Positions 7,968-17,030 are shown, numbered from the stretch's first letter. The stretch is 23,572 nt of DNA from Nitrososphaerota archaeon (GCA_033581555.1 JAVQSZ010000003.1:179383-202954); one strand, 5' to 3'. Translations and numbers: made by a program. The notes: generated from the sequence alone by a model not told the origin.

Positions 7968-9392
7968 GTGTCGTTTAGGTCCGGACGCCTTGGGGCGGAG
8001 ATGCCCGAGGAGGTCGCTAGGTACGTCACATCCCTCGACGTTGACCCCGAGATCTTCGACGAGGTCCTGATGGTGAACGCGGCGCACCTCGTCTCCCTCG
8101 GGAGGGCGGGCGCGTTGGGGCGGGAGGCGCTCGAGAGGGCCTTGGATGTGCTCCGTAGGACGGAACCTTCGGCGCTTCCCATGACAGACCACAGGCTAGA
8201 GGACGTCCACATGGTTATCGAGGAGCACCTGAGGGCGTTGGTCCCGGAGGCCGGAGAGAACCTGGCCCTGGGGAAGAGCAGGAACGATGCGGTCGCCGCG
8301 GCGATAAGGCTGAGGCTGATGCGCTACGTCGCCGAGATCGTCGGGGAGGGAGCGAGGCTCGCGGAGGAGCTGGTCGCGAAGGCCTCGGCCCACGCGGAGA
8401 CCCTCTTCCCGCTCTTCACCCACGAGCAGGTCGCGGCCCCGGGAACCTTCGGGTTCGTCCTGAGCTACCACGCCTCGAGGCTCCTCAAGTCCCTGAAGGC
8501 CATCGTGTCCCTCTACGACGACATCGCCGAGTCGCCGCTCGGGGCCGGACCGGTCGGAGGGACCTCGGTTCCCCACGAGCGCGTCCTCCTCTCCGAGCTC
8601 CTGGGTTTCAGGCGCGTCGCCCTCAACGCCCTCGAGGCCAGCTCCTCGAGGGACTTCGCGGTAACGTACCTCGGCGCGCTCTGCAGGCTCTCGGTCGCGC
8701 TATCGGACCTCGCAGAGGAGGTCGTGAGGTACGTAAGCATGGGGCTCGTCGAGATCGGGGACGAGTACTGCTCGACCAGCAGCATCATGCCCCACAAGAG
8801 GAACCCGGTCGTGGCCGAGGTCGCGAGAACCTGTTCCGCGAAGGCCCTCGCAGGGATGGTAGGGTTCGTGGCGACAATCGACCGCAGGTTCGGGGGCTAC
8901 GTCCTCGACCTCCAGGAGTCGACGAGGCACCTCTGGCCGGCTTCAAAATCGGTCCTCGAGACGCTGAGGGTCCTGAGGGGGATGCTCTCTGGGATCAGGG
9001 TCACCGAGAGGGCCAGGGAGGCAGTCCACCCGGTCTCGGGGCTGACCGAGTTCGCAGCGGCGCTGGCGCTCAGGGGCAGGATGGGGTTCAGGAGGGCCCA
9101 CGGGATAGCTGCGAGGCTCTCGAGGCTTGTCGTCTCGGGCGCGGGAGTCGACCGCGTCGTCGCCGAGGGAAGGGCCCTTGGGCTCGACGAGGAGTCCCTT
9201 GAGGCCCTGAAGGAGTTCCTCGACCCAGAACGCGCACTCAGGGCTTACAGGGTGATCGGGTCGTCACACCCCCAGGAAGTCAGGAGGGCCTGCGCGGAGC
9301 TCGCGAGGGAGGCAGGGGAGCTGAGGGCCTGGGCCGAGGAGACCCTCGAGTCGATCGCGAAGGCGAGGGAGAGGCTCCTGGGAAGGCCCTGA
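7968..9392 (+). CDS. argH: Argininosuccinate lyase
   Basis: EDVHM.IE, GKSRND, FTHEQ.A.P (catalytic His), SPLGAG..GG, STSSIMPHKRNP signature. Start placed at GTG 7968 after GGAGG because the longer ORF overlaps Sm/rpl37e on the opposite strand. Confidence 0.9.
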   Translation: MSFRSGRLGAEMPEEVARYVTSLDVDPEIFDEVLMVNAAHLVSLGRAGALGREALERALDVLRRTEPSALPMTDHRLEDVHMVIEEHLRALVPEAGENLALGKSRNDAVAAAIRLRLMRYVAEIVGEGARLAEELVAKASAHAETLFPLFTHEQVAAPGTFGFVLSYHASRLLKSLKAIVSLYDDIAESPLGAGPVGGTSVPHERVLLSELLGFRRVALNALEASSSRDFAVTYLGALCRLSVALSDLAEEVVRYVSMGLVEIGDEYCSTSSIMPHKRNPVVAEVARTCSAKALAGMVGFVATIDRRFGGYVLDLQESTRHLWPASKSVLETLRVLRGMLSGIRVTERAREAVHPVSGLTEFAAALALRGRMGFRRAHGIAARLSRLVVSGAGVDRVVAEGRALGLDEESLEALKEFLDPERALRAYRVIGSSHPQEVRRACAELAREAGELRAWAEETLESIAKARERLLGRP

Positions 9393-9401
9393 CCGGTCCG
9401 G

Positions 9402-10445
9402 TCACTTGGGCTGGAGCTCCTCCACGGCTCCAGCGTAGATCCTCGAGGCCAGCTCGAGGTCCGAAACGCTGACCTCCTCCTCCGAGGTGTGGGCGAGGAG
9501 CGAGTTACCTGGTCCGCAGGCCGAGATGCTCATCGTCAGCTTCCAGAGGACGTTCATGTCGCTGCTCCCCGTCTTCTTGACGACCCTCGGCCTCACGCCC
9601 AGCCTGAGCATCGACCTGATCAGGGCCCTCGGGACCGGCTGGGAGACGCTGGTCTGAAACGGCTCGGTCACGTCCCTTACGGTGAAGGAGCAGTCGTAAA
9701 GCGAGCAGATCGCCTCGACCCTCTCGAGTATCGAGCGGGTCTCGACGGACGGCGGGAACCGGATGTTCACCACGGCCTCAGCGTGCTCCGGGAGCCTCGT
9801 CGGCCAATCGCCGGCCTTGATCACGGTGACCGCGGACGTCGGCTCGTCGTAGCTCCTCCCGTTGAAGACGGACCTTATGGTCTCTATCGCGTCAAGGAGC
9901 CTGTCGAGGGCCGAGTCGCCCATGTAAGGCGCCGAGCTGTGGCCTCCCCTCCCCCTGCTGGTGAGCGAAAGGGTGACGCTGCCCCGGTAGCTGATCGCGA
10001 CGCCGGTGGTCCCGGTGGGCTCTCCGATGACGATGTGGTCTGCCCTGAAGCCCGAGTTGAGTAGGGCCTTCGCGCCCGAGCCCTCTCCTTCCTCGTCGAT
10101 CAGGCCTCCCACCACGAGCCTGAAGCCCTTCTTCAAGACGGCCTTTGACCCCGCGAAGAGCATCGCAGCGAACGGGCCCTTCGCGTCCACCGCACCCCTC
10201 CCCTTGATCCTGTCGCCCTTCCTGACCACCTCGAGCATTCCGGGCACGGTGTCGACGTGGCCCGCGAGGAGTATCGTCCTCTCGCCGCTACCCTTGACGA
10301 AGAGGTAGTTCCCCGCCGAGTCGACCTCGAGCCCATCGTAGCCGAGCTCCCTCTGGAGCCTCCTCATCAGCGGCTCCAGCGCCGCCTCCTGGCCGCTCGG
10401 CGTGTAGACGCGCAGTAGCTCCACCAGCACCTCGTCGACTTTCAA
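9402..10445 (-). CDS. lysK: [LysW]-lysine/[LysW]-ornithine hydrolase, M20 family deacylase (LysK/ArgE)
   Basis: VYTPSGQE, LLAGHVDTVPG, GRGAVDAKGP, DEEG, IGEPT, GHSS, KTGSSDMN, GPGNSLLAHT.EE. TTG 10445 lies 26 nt downstream of the minus-strand TTAATAA (10471-10477). Confidence 0.85.
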   Translation of the reverse strand: MKVDEVLVELLRVYTPSGQEAALEPLMRRLQRELGYDGLEVDSAGNYLFVKGSGERTILLAGHVDTVPGMLEVVRKGDRIKGRGAVDAKGPFAAMLFAGSKAVLKKGFRLVVGGLIDEEGEGSGAKALLNSGFRADHIVIGEPTGTTGVAISYRGSVTLSLTSRGRGGHSSAPYMGDSALDRLLDAIETIRSVFNGRSYDEPTSAVTVIKAGDWPTRLPEHAEAVVNIRFPPSVETRSILERVEAICSLYDCSFTVRDVTEPFQTSVSQPVPRALIRSMLRLGVRPRVVKKTGSSDMNVLWKLTMSISACGPGNSLLAHTSEEEVSVSDLELASRIYAGAVEELQPK

Positions 10446-10548
10446 CCCGGGACTCGAGCCTCGGCGGTCGTTATTAACCGGCACCCGGCGGCGACTGATA
10501 TCTCACCGGATCTAAGCTTATTACCAGTACGGGGGGCAGTTCGGGAGG

Positions 10549-12048
10549 ATGAAACGAGAGCCCGTGGACCTGGATGGGCTGAAGGGGAGCCTAGAGGAGA
10601 TCGGGGTCGTCGCGAGCGGTTCGAGGGAGAACGAGAGCCTCGTCATCCTCTACGAGGGGAAGGAGAGGGTCGTCACGAACGAGTCGCTGGTCCTGATCGA
10701 AAATAGGAACGGCAACAAGGTCCTCGCGATATGCAGGGGCGGCTTCGGGATCAACGACTCGCTCAGGACTTCCGAGTACACTCCGGGGATCGCTTACGCG
10801 AGGAGGGGAGGGTCGACCAGCACCGCGAAGGAGTACTACGCCTTCAGGCTGGTGGCGATCGGGGACGTGACCAGCGGGAGGATCGTGCAGAACGCGAAGA
10901 TCATCGCGCCCGGCTCGAGAGTCTACAGGTTCAACGAGGGGTTCAACCCTATGACGTTCCTCTCATCGTCGGAGCAGCGGCTCGGTTACTACGCGACCGG
11001 TTACAAGACTTGGGAGGTCCCGGTCCAGGCGGAGTACATCTCATCGCACATAGGGATTTTCGGGGTCACGGGGTCCGGGAAGTCCTTCCTCTGCAGGCAT
11101 CAAGTCGTGCCGATGCTCCTCAGGAACGGCTACGACGTCCTGATCTTGGACTGGAAGGGCTCTGACTACGCGCCCCACTACCCAGGGAAGGTCCTAAACA
11201 TGGGAGACGTCGAGCTCGACGACGAGGCGATCATCGATTACCTTGCTTCAGCGTTGAACTACTTCGGGGGCGGCGACATAGGGAAGCGGCTCGAGCTCTA
11301 CCTCGGGGAGGTGATAGCGACCCACAACTGGAAGGGTAAAGACGAGTTCGAGACTGCGAAGAGGCTCTTGAGTGAGATGGAACGGGTGATCATTGAAGAC
11401 AACACAGACCAGAGCGGGAAGCTCTCGAGGTGGGGGGACACCTACCTCAGGAAGGCGACGAGGGCCTTCAACAACCTCGACCGGCAGGACCTGAAGCCCG
11501 TGATGGGAACGATGAAGCCGAGAGAGATCGTGGAGAGGCTCAGGAGGGAGCGCCTGCTGGTCCTCGACCTGAGCTACGGCGCGAAGGAGCAGAAGCTGAG
11601 CGTCTTCCTCTCGATAGCGAGGCACCTGAAGAGGATGATGGAGGAAAAGAGGACCATCAACGTGGCCCTGGTGATCGACGAGGCTCCCCAGTACTGTCCC
11701 TGGCAGCCGAGGGGGCTCGAGGAGAGGACCACGAAGACGCTGACGGAGCTCGCCGCGCTCGGGAGGTCCTACAAGCTGGCCCTCACGCTGATCTCCCAGG
11801 GCATCGCCGGCGAGATAGGAATCAACGCGGCCGTCAGGAGGAACCTGAACACCCTCTTCGTCGGGAGGATACACCCGCTCGATGCGCCTGAGGCGGAGAA
11901 GTACTTCGCGACGTCGTACGTCTCCAGCGACCAGCTCCTGCGGCTCCCCGAGGGCCACTTCTTCCTGATAGGGAAGCTCAACCCTTCACCCGTGCCGCTG
12001 CTGATCACCTTCGAGATACCGGAGGAGGAGCGCGTGCGTGGAGCCTGA
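10549..12048 (+). CDS. herA: HerA/FtsK-family ATPase (HAS barrel plus DUF87 helicase domain)
   Basis: N-terminal beta-rich barrel; Walker A HIGIFGVTGSGKS; LILDWKGSDY; Walker B LVIDEAPQYCP; GRSYKLALTLISQ (Arg finger/Q motif); LPEGHF. TTATTA at 10518-10523 upstream. Confidence 0.85.
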   Translation: MKREPVDLDGLKGSLEEIGVVASGSRENESLVILYEGKERVVTNESLVLIENRNGNKVLAICRGGFGINDSLRTSEYTPGIAYARRGGSTSTAKEYYAFRLVAIGDVTSGRIVQNAKIIAPGSRVYRFNEGFNPMTFLSSSEQRLGYYATGYKTWEVPVQAEYISSHIGIFGVTGSGKSFLCRHQVVPMLLRNGYDVLILDWKGSDYAPHYPGKVLNMGDVELDDEAIIDYLASALNYFGGGDIGKRLELYLGEVIATHNWKGKDEFETAKRLLSEMERVIIEDNTDQSGKLSRWGDTYLRKATRAFNNLDRQDLKPVMGTMKPREIVERLRRERLLVLDLSYGAKEQKLSVFLSIARHLKRMMEEKRTINVALVIDEAPQYCPWQPRGLEERTTKTLTELAALGRSYKLALTLISQGIAGEIGINAAVRRNLNTLFVGRIHPLDAPEAEKYFATSYVSSDQLLRLPEGHFFLIGKLNPSPVPLLITFEIPEEERVRGA

Positions 12049-13303
12049 GAAGATACCGGCGGTCCTGAGGATCCCGAGGCCGCTCCAGGAGAGGTTCTAC
12101 GAGCTGGCGAGGGAGGAGGTCTCGCGCCTCCTGAAGGCGATCCGGTCCGTCGACCCTCGGTTCTTGGAGCCCTTCGAGGAGGTCGTGGGCGGTGCTAAGC
12201 GCGAGCCGCGCCGAGTCGAGTGGAGGGACTCGGTCTTCGCGATCGTAGACGGTTCCGACACCCCTTCGATCGTTGAGAGGATTGGGCTGAAGTACGGCCT
12301 CTCGGCGGCGGGCCTGAAGCTCTTCCGAGGATTGGAGGCGCTCCCGGAGGGCGAGTCCTTCGTGGGCGAGGCTCTGAGGGGCCAGGTCCACGAGAGCAAG
12401 GAGGAGTTCCTGAAGAAGCTGGACTTAGTGACCGTCTACCTCGAGAGGAGGATGGCGCTCGGGGCCCTCGAGAGGGCTGACTACGTCGTCCTGGACGGGA
12501 GCTTCTTCGGGTTCAGGGCCGGGTGCAGCAGGGTGAAGGAAAGGAAGCTCGACTGGGTCGACCCCTTCACACACAGGCGGTTCGGGTTCGTCCAGGAGCT
12601 GATCGACGAGCTGGTCGAGATGACGGAGGAGCTCCTCGGGACTGGGAGGGTTTTCGGCGTCGTGAAGCGGGTCGCGACCTCGGCGATCGACGGCTACGTG
12701 GGCTACAGGTATGGGCCCGACCGGATGCTGGGGCTCTCGGACAGGTCGGTCCTCATGCTCGTTACTTCTCCCGGCGACGTGGTCGAGTACTCCTCGGTCT
12801 TCGACCGGCCCCATGAGGTCTACTCCTTGCTCAGGAGCATGCTCGAAGAGCGTAGCGGTGCAGTCAGCAAGGAGGTTCTAGAGAGGGACCTAGCGACTGC
12901 GGAGCGGCGGTTCAGGGTCCAGCTGGATTCGGACCTCATCCCATACGAAGCTCGAGAGAAGGAGCGTGTTGAGAGGCTAGAGAGGCTCGTGAGGCTCATA
13001 GGCTCGACGGAGAGGGCCTTCGTGAGGACTGTCGAGTCCCAGCCGCCGGTCTGCGTCGAGCTCCCGAGGGCCGCTCCGAGGGATCTGAAGGACCTCGCGG
13101 TCACCTACGCCCTCGAGACCTTCAACCCCGCGACCGGGCTGCCCATCGCGCTGGACGTGGTCGACGACCTGGTCTCCCTCCCGAGGGGGTTGGGCTCGGA
13201 GTTCGTGGAGGAGGTGGAGGCCGAGCTTCTCAGGAGAGGTATCGACGTCGGGAGCCTACGGGCCTTCTTCAGCAGGGTCAACCCTCAGAAGGAGATCGAG
13301 TGA
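12038..13303 (+). CDS. nurA: NurA-family 5'-3' nuclease
   Basis: RNase H-fold motifs AIVDGS, LERRMA, VVLDGS, GVVKRVATS, L.DR, and C-terminal GLPIALDVVD. Overlaps the herA stop by 11 nt. Confidence 0.82.
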   Translation: MEPEKIPAVLRIPRPLQERFYELAREEVSRLLKAIRSVDPRFLEPFEEVVGGAKREPRRVEWRDSVFAIVDGSDTPSIVERIGLKYGLSAAGLKLFRGLEALPEGESFVGEALRGQVHESKEEFLKKLDLVTVYLERRMALGALERADYVVLDGSFFGFRAGCSRVKERKLDWVDPFTHRRFGFVQELIDELVEMTEELLGTGRVFGVVKRVATSAIDGYVGYRYGPDRMLGLSDRSVLMLVTSPGDVVEYSSVFDRPHEVYSLLRSMLEERSGAVSKEVLERDLATAERRFRVQLDSDLIPYEAREKERVERLERLVRLIGSTERAFVRTVESQPPVCVELPRAAPRDLKDLAVTYALETFNPATGLPIALDVVDDLVSLPRGLGSEFVEEVEAELLRRGIDVGSLRAFFSRVNPQKEIE

Positions 13304-13330
13304 GCGTCTTCCTCGACGACCACTGAGTGA

Positions 13331-13346
13331 GTCAAAGTTTATTGAC
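13331..13346 (+). promoter_or_regulatory. TATA box (TTTATT) inside an inverted repeat GTCAA-N6-TTGAC, upstream of the CBS gene
   Basis: GTCAAAGTTTATTGAC; the TATA lies ~27 nt before TTG 13370. Confidence 0.5.
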
Positions 13347-13369
13347 ACCGGACACCATGGACTGTCGGG

Positions 13370-13942
13370 TTGAAGGAGACGCCGCTGACCGGCGAGATAC
13401 TGGTCAGGGACGTGATGACGAGCCCGGTGATCGAGTTGAGCGAGGAGGCGACGGCCGCGGACGCGGCGCAGCAGATGGCCAAGTACAGGATCAGCAGCGT
13501 GCTGGTGATGAGGGGGAACGAGCCGGTCGGGATCGTCACGAAGAGGGACCTCGTCGAGAAGGTCGTGGCTAAGGACCTCAAGCCGAGCGAGGTGAAGCTG
13601 AGGGACGTGATGTCCAGCCCCATTATCACCGTCAGCCCGGAGGCGACGATAGAGGATGCCATGAGGACGATGAACAAGCTCAACGTGAGCAGGCTGGTCG
13701 TCGCGTACAGGGGAAGGATTGCGGGGATCATCAGCATGAAGGACATCCTGAAGTTCACCCCGGACATCATCGAGATCGTCAGGGAGCAGTTGAGGATCAG
13801 GGGGATCGTGAGGAGGCCCGAGCCCTACTACGAGGGCTACTGCGACTCCTGCGGCGAGTGGAGCGACATGCTGCTCCGGGTCGACGACAGCTTCCTCTGC
13901 GAGGAGTGCAGGCTTGAGTCAGGTAGGGAGACGGTCGAGTGA
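13370..13942 (+). CDS. CBS-pair protein with C-terminal zinc ribbon
   Basis: Two CBS repeats (VRDVMTSPVI...GIVTKRDL; LRDVMSSPII...GIISMKDI) and CDSC-x16-CEEC. Confidence 0.9.
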   Translation: MKETPLTGEILVRDVMTSPVIELSEEATAADAAQQMAKYRISSVLVMRGNEPVGIVTKRDLVEKVVAKDLKPSEVKLRDVMSSPIITVSPEATIEDAMRTMNKLNVSRLVVAYRGRIAGIISMKDILKFTPDIIEIVREQLRIRGIVRRPEPYYEGYCDSCGEWSDMLLRVDDSFLCEECRLESGRETVE

Positions 13943-14432
13943 GAGACCCAGGTTTCTGGCAGACTCTATGCACGGCAAGCTCGCCAGGTGGCTGAGGCTC
14001 CTCGGGTACGACTCGGTCTACGCCAAGTCCGACGACGACCATATCCTCCTGGAGGCCGAGAGCTCCGGGAGGGTCATCGTGACTTCGGACGTCGAGCTGC
14101 ACAGGCTCGCGGTCAAGAGGGGGGTGAGGTCCGTTCTAGTCCCGCTCGAAGGCATAGAGAGTCAGCTGGCCGCAATCGCGGAGGAGGTCTCGAGGGAGTT
14201 CGGGCTGGACGTCGAGGAGTTCTTCGAGCCCGAGGCAACTAGGTGCTCGCTATGCAACGGCGAGCTGGTCGAGGAGGGCGACGGGCGTCATTACGTCTGC
14301 ACCAGCTGCGGCCAAAGGTACTGGGAAGGGAGCCACTGGTCGAGAATCGAGAGGACGCTCGAGTCCGCGAAGAGGCTTGCGCTCAAGAGGTCGCGGCGCG
14401 CTCAGAGGGCCGGGACGTCGGAGACCGGTTAA
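13914..14432 (+). CDS. Mut7-C RNase (PIN-like, DUF82) with zinc ribbon
   Basis: RFLADSMHGKLARWLRLLGYD, DD, RVIVTSD.EL, RCSLCNG.L, CTSCGQRYWEGSHW. Start codon uncertain. Confidence 0.9.
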   Translation: MSQVGRRSSERPRFLADSMHGKLARWLRLLGYDSVYAKSDDDHILLEAESSGRVIVTSDVELHRLAVKRGVRSVLVPLEGIESQLAAIAEEVSREFGLDVEEFFEPEATRCSLCNGELVEEGDGRHYVCTSCGQRYWEGSHWSRIERTLESAKRLALKRSRRAQRAGTSETG

Positions 14433-14464
14433 GGGTAAAAGGCTCGGCGGCGGACGGAGGCCCG

Positions 14465-15106
14465 ATGGGCGAGATCGGTGAGGTGGCGGCCGCGAAGCTG
14501 ATCTCGGCCGCGAGGGCCGCGATCGAGTCGGCCCTCAGGGGCGCGGACCCCAAGGAGGTCCGAGTGCCCGAGGTCTTCGAGGAAGAGGTGAGGAGGGGGG
14601 TCTTCGTGACCATCTACACGTACCCCGAGATGGAGCTGAGGGGCTGCATAGGATACCCCAGGCCGGTCGAGAGGCTGGAGGTGCTGACCGTTAAGGCGGC
14701 GATCGCCGCGGCCCTCCTCGACCCCCGCTTCCCGCCCCTGGAAGTCGACGAGCTCGACAGGACGGTGCTCGAGCTCAGCGTCCTCACGCCCCTCGAGCCG
14801 ATAATGGTCGAGGACAGGAGGAGGATGCCGGGCGAGGTCGAGGTCGGGAGGCATGGCCTCATGATCGAATGGAGGGGCGCATCGGGGCTCCTCTTGCCGC
14901 AGGTCGCCGTCGAGCAGGGGTGGGACGCGGAGGAGTTCCTGGTCAACGTCTGCCTCAAGGCTGGACTTCCGCCCACGACTTACCTGCGCCCTGAGTCAAG
15001 GGTCTACCGGTTCGAGGCCGAGCTCTACATCGAGGAGCGTCCCCGGGGCCCGGTGAGGAGGCTGAGGCTCATTGGGCCGGCTGCGGGGGCAAGGTGCGGC
15101 GCTTGA
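14465..15106 (+). CDS. AMMECR1 / TIGR00296 family protein (RAGNYA fold)
   Basis: GVFVTI, ELRGCIGYP, AAALLDPRFPP, ELSVLTP, GRHGL, SGLLLPQVAVEQGW, CLKAGL. ATG 14465 is preceded by GGAGG. Confidence 0.93.
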   Translation: MGEIGEVAAAKLISAARAAIESALRGADPKEVRVPEVFEEEVRRGVFVTIYTYPEMELRGCIGYPRPVERLEVLTVKAAIAAALLDPRFPPLEVDELDRTVLELSVLTPLEPIMVEDRRRMPGEVEVGRHGLMIEWRGASGLLLPQVAVEQGWDAEEFLVNVCLKAGLPPTTYLRPESRVYRFEAELYIEERPRGPVRRLRLIGPAAGARCGA

Positions 15107-16257
15107 GAGCACACGTCGGCGTTTGCGGGATAGGGTTTGGACACGCGGCGAGGGCGAAGGGCGTCATCGAGGAGCTCAAGAGGGGCGGCGACGAGGTCGT
15201 TGCGACCAGCTACGCAGAGGGATTAAGCTACCTGAGGTCGAGCGGCATAGAGGTCGTCGGCGTGCAGCGGGTTGACTACGGAAGGTCACCGGACGGGAGC
15301 GTCAGCTTCAGGTGGTCAGTCATCAAGGGGACCGCACTGCCACTGAGGGTCGCGATTCAGGTCGCGCAGGAGATGGCGGTCATGGACGCGTTCGACGCCG
15401 AGGTAGTCCTCTCGGACACGAGGGGGTCTACCGTGCTAGCGGCTAAGGCGATGGGCCTCCCGGTCGCGGTCCTCCTCAATCAGTTCAGGGTCGTCGTCAG
15501 GTCCGAGGGGTACCGGATTGCGTCCGCGCTGACGAACGCCTTCGCGGACGTCGTGGCGAGGGTCTGGTCGCTGGCCGACGAGGTGCTCATCGCCGACTAC
15601 CCTCCGCCCCTCACTATCTCCAGGAGGAACCTCATCTTCAGGGAAGAGGAGCTTGAGAAGGTCGCCTACGTCGGGCCGGTCCTCGACAGGTACCCCTCCG
15701 AGCTCCCGGGGAGAAGCGAGGCAAAGGAGATGTTGGGCTTCAGTCCCTACGAGCCCCTCGTCTTGGTCCTCAACACGGGCCCCGAGTCCGAGAGGAGGGC
15801 CCTCAGGGAGAGGCTGATCAGGTCCCTCGATGCCCTGTCGGAGCACCAGCTCGTCTTCTCGCTCGGGGAGCCCGGGTCCGACCGCTGGGAGAGGCGTGGG
15901 AAACGCCTCCTCGTCTCATGGCTTCCTGACGAGAGCGTCGCGATGGCCGCGGCCGACGTCGTCGTCTCGAGGGCCGGGCACTCGACCGTCTCGAAGGCGC
16001 TCGCGTTCGGGTGCAGGCCCATCCTTTTGCCGACCCCTAATCACTCGGAGCAGCTGGGGAACGCCGAGTCGCTCTCGGAGAGGGGCGCGGCGGTCGTCCT
16101 CGACATCAGGGAGCTCACTCCTGAGAAGCTGAGGGAGGCGGTGAGGAGGGCCCTCGATCTCGACCCCGGCGCGATCGGTGAGTACGCGGAGCTCGCAGCT
16201 GCACGCAATGGCAGGGACGAGGTCGTGAGGAGGCTGAGGGCGCTGCGGGGATCATGA
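15094..16257 (+). CDS. GT-B glycosyltransferase (GT28/MurG/MJ1255-like)
   Basis: N-terminal CGIGFGHAAR, VLSD, YVGP, C-terminal ADVVVSRAGHSTVS...PTPNHSEQLGNA nucleotide-sugar binding motif. Confidence 0.85.
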   Translation: MRRLRAHVGVCGIGFGHAARAKGVIEELKRGGDEVVATSYAEGLSYLRSSGIEVVGVQRVDYGRSPDGSVSFRWSVIKGTALPLRVAIQVAQEMAVMDAFDAEVVLSDTRGSTVLAAKAMGLPVAVLLNQFRVVVRSEGYRIASALTNAFADVVARVWSLADEVLIADYPPPLTISRRNLIFREEELEKVAYVGPVLDRYPSELPGRSEAKEMLGFSPYEPLVLVLNTGPESERRALRERLIRSLDALSEHQLVFSLGEPGSDRWERRGKRLLVSWLPDESVAMAAADVVVSRAGHSTVSKALAFGCRPILLPTPNHSEQLGNAESLSERGAAVVLDIRELTPEKLREAVRRALDLDPGAIGEYAELAAARNGRDEVVRRLRALRGS

Positions 16258-17030
16258 GGCCGCGCTACAAGGTTGTGGGCGACGTCGCGCTCGTGAGGCT
16301 CAGGGACGGCGAGGACCCGAAGGAGGTCGTCGATTACCTACTCGGCAGGCTTCCACGGCTGAGGGCCGTGCTGGCGTACGAGGGCGTGGGGGGCGAGCTG
16401 AGGCTACCGAGGGTCAGGCTCCTCCACGGCGAGAGGCCGGTCGTCACCAGGTACGCGGAGCACGGGGTCGTCTACGAGCTCGACGTCGAGCGGATGATGT
16501 TCTCGCTAGGGAACAAGTTCGAGAGGCTGAGGGTCGCCGCATTGACCCGGGACTGGGAGGTGGTCGTCGACGCCTTCGCGGGCATAGGACAGTTCTCGTT
16601 GCCCATCGCGGCCCTAGGGCGAGCTGTGTTCGTCCACGCGATCGAGGTCAACCCCGAGGCCTACGAGTACCTCGTCAGGAACGTGAGGGCCAACGGGCTC
16701 GAGGGGAGGGTCAGGACCCACTTGGGCGACTGCAGGGAGGTCACGAAGGGGCTGGAGGGCGTCGCAGACAGGGTCGTGATGGGCTACTTCCCCGGGACGA
16801 TCGGCTACCTCGACGCCGGGCTCAGGGCCCTGAGGCCAGGTGGAGGTGTGGTCCACCTACACGACCTGGTTGAGGGGGGCTCAGAGGAGGAGTACTGCGC
16901 CAGGGTCGTCGGCGGTGTGAAGGAGAGGGGTTATGACGTCAGGCTGCTGCGGACCGCGCGGGTCAAGTCGTACTCGGCCAGGCTGGACCACGTGGTCCTA
17001 GATCTGCTCTGCCTTCCGAGGCGACCATGA
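16254..17030 (+). CDS. taw2: Trm5/Tyw2 family SAM-dependent tRNA enzyme, most like Taw2 (wyosine aminocarboxypropyltransferase)
   Basis: VVGDVA, EHGVVYELD...MFSLGNKFER, VVDAFAGIGQFSLPIA, EVNPEAY, GDCRE, ADRVVMGY (Taw2-type MGY rather than the Trm5b MNLP), KSYS. Confidence 0.8.
   Translation: MRPRYKVVGDVALVRLRDGEDPKEVVDYLLGRLPRLRAVLAYEGVGGELRLPRVRLLHGERPVVTRYAEHGVVYELDVERMMFSLGNKFERLRVAALTRDWEVVVDAFAGIGQFSLPIAALGRAVFVHAIEVNPEAYEYLVRNVRANGLEGRVRTHLGDCREVTKGLEGVADRVVMGYFPGTIGYLDAGLRALRPGGGVVHLHDLVEGGSEEEYCARVVGGVKERGYDVRLLRTARVKSYSARLDHVVLDLLCLPRRP

Noticed and set aside
10549-12048. Conjugative VirB4/VirD4 ATPase of an integrated element
   Set aside because: No integrase, att repeats or T4SS membrane genes; HAS barrel and NurA partner indicate HerA.
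14243-14464. N-terminal extension of AMMECR1 in the ORF track
   Set aside because: Overlaps Mut7-C in another frame; ATG 14465 has a GGAGG and an AT-rich element at 14429-14440 upstream.
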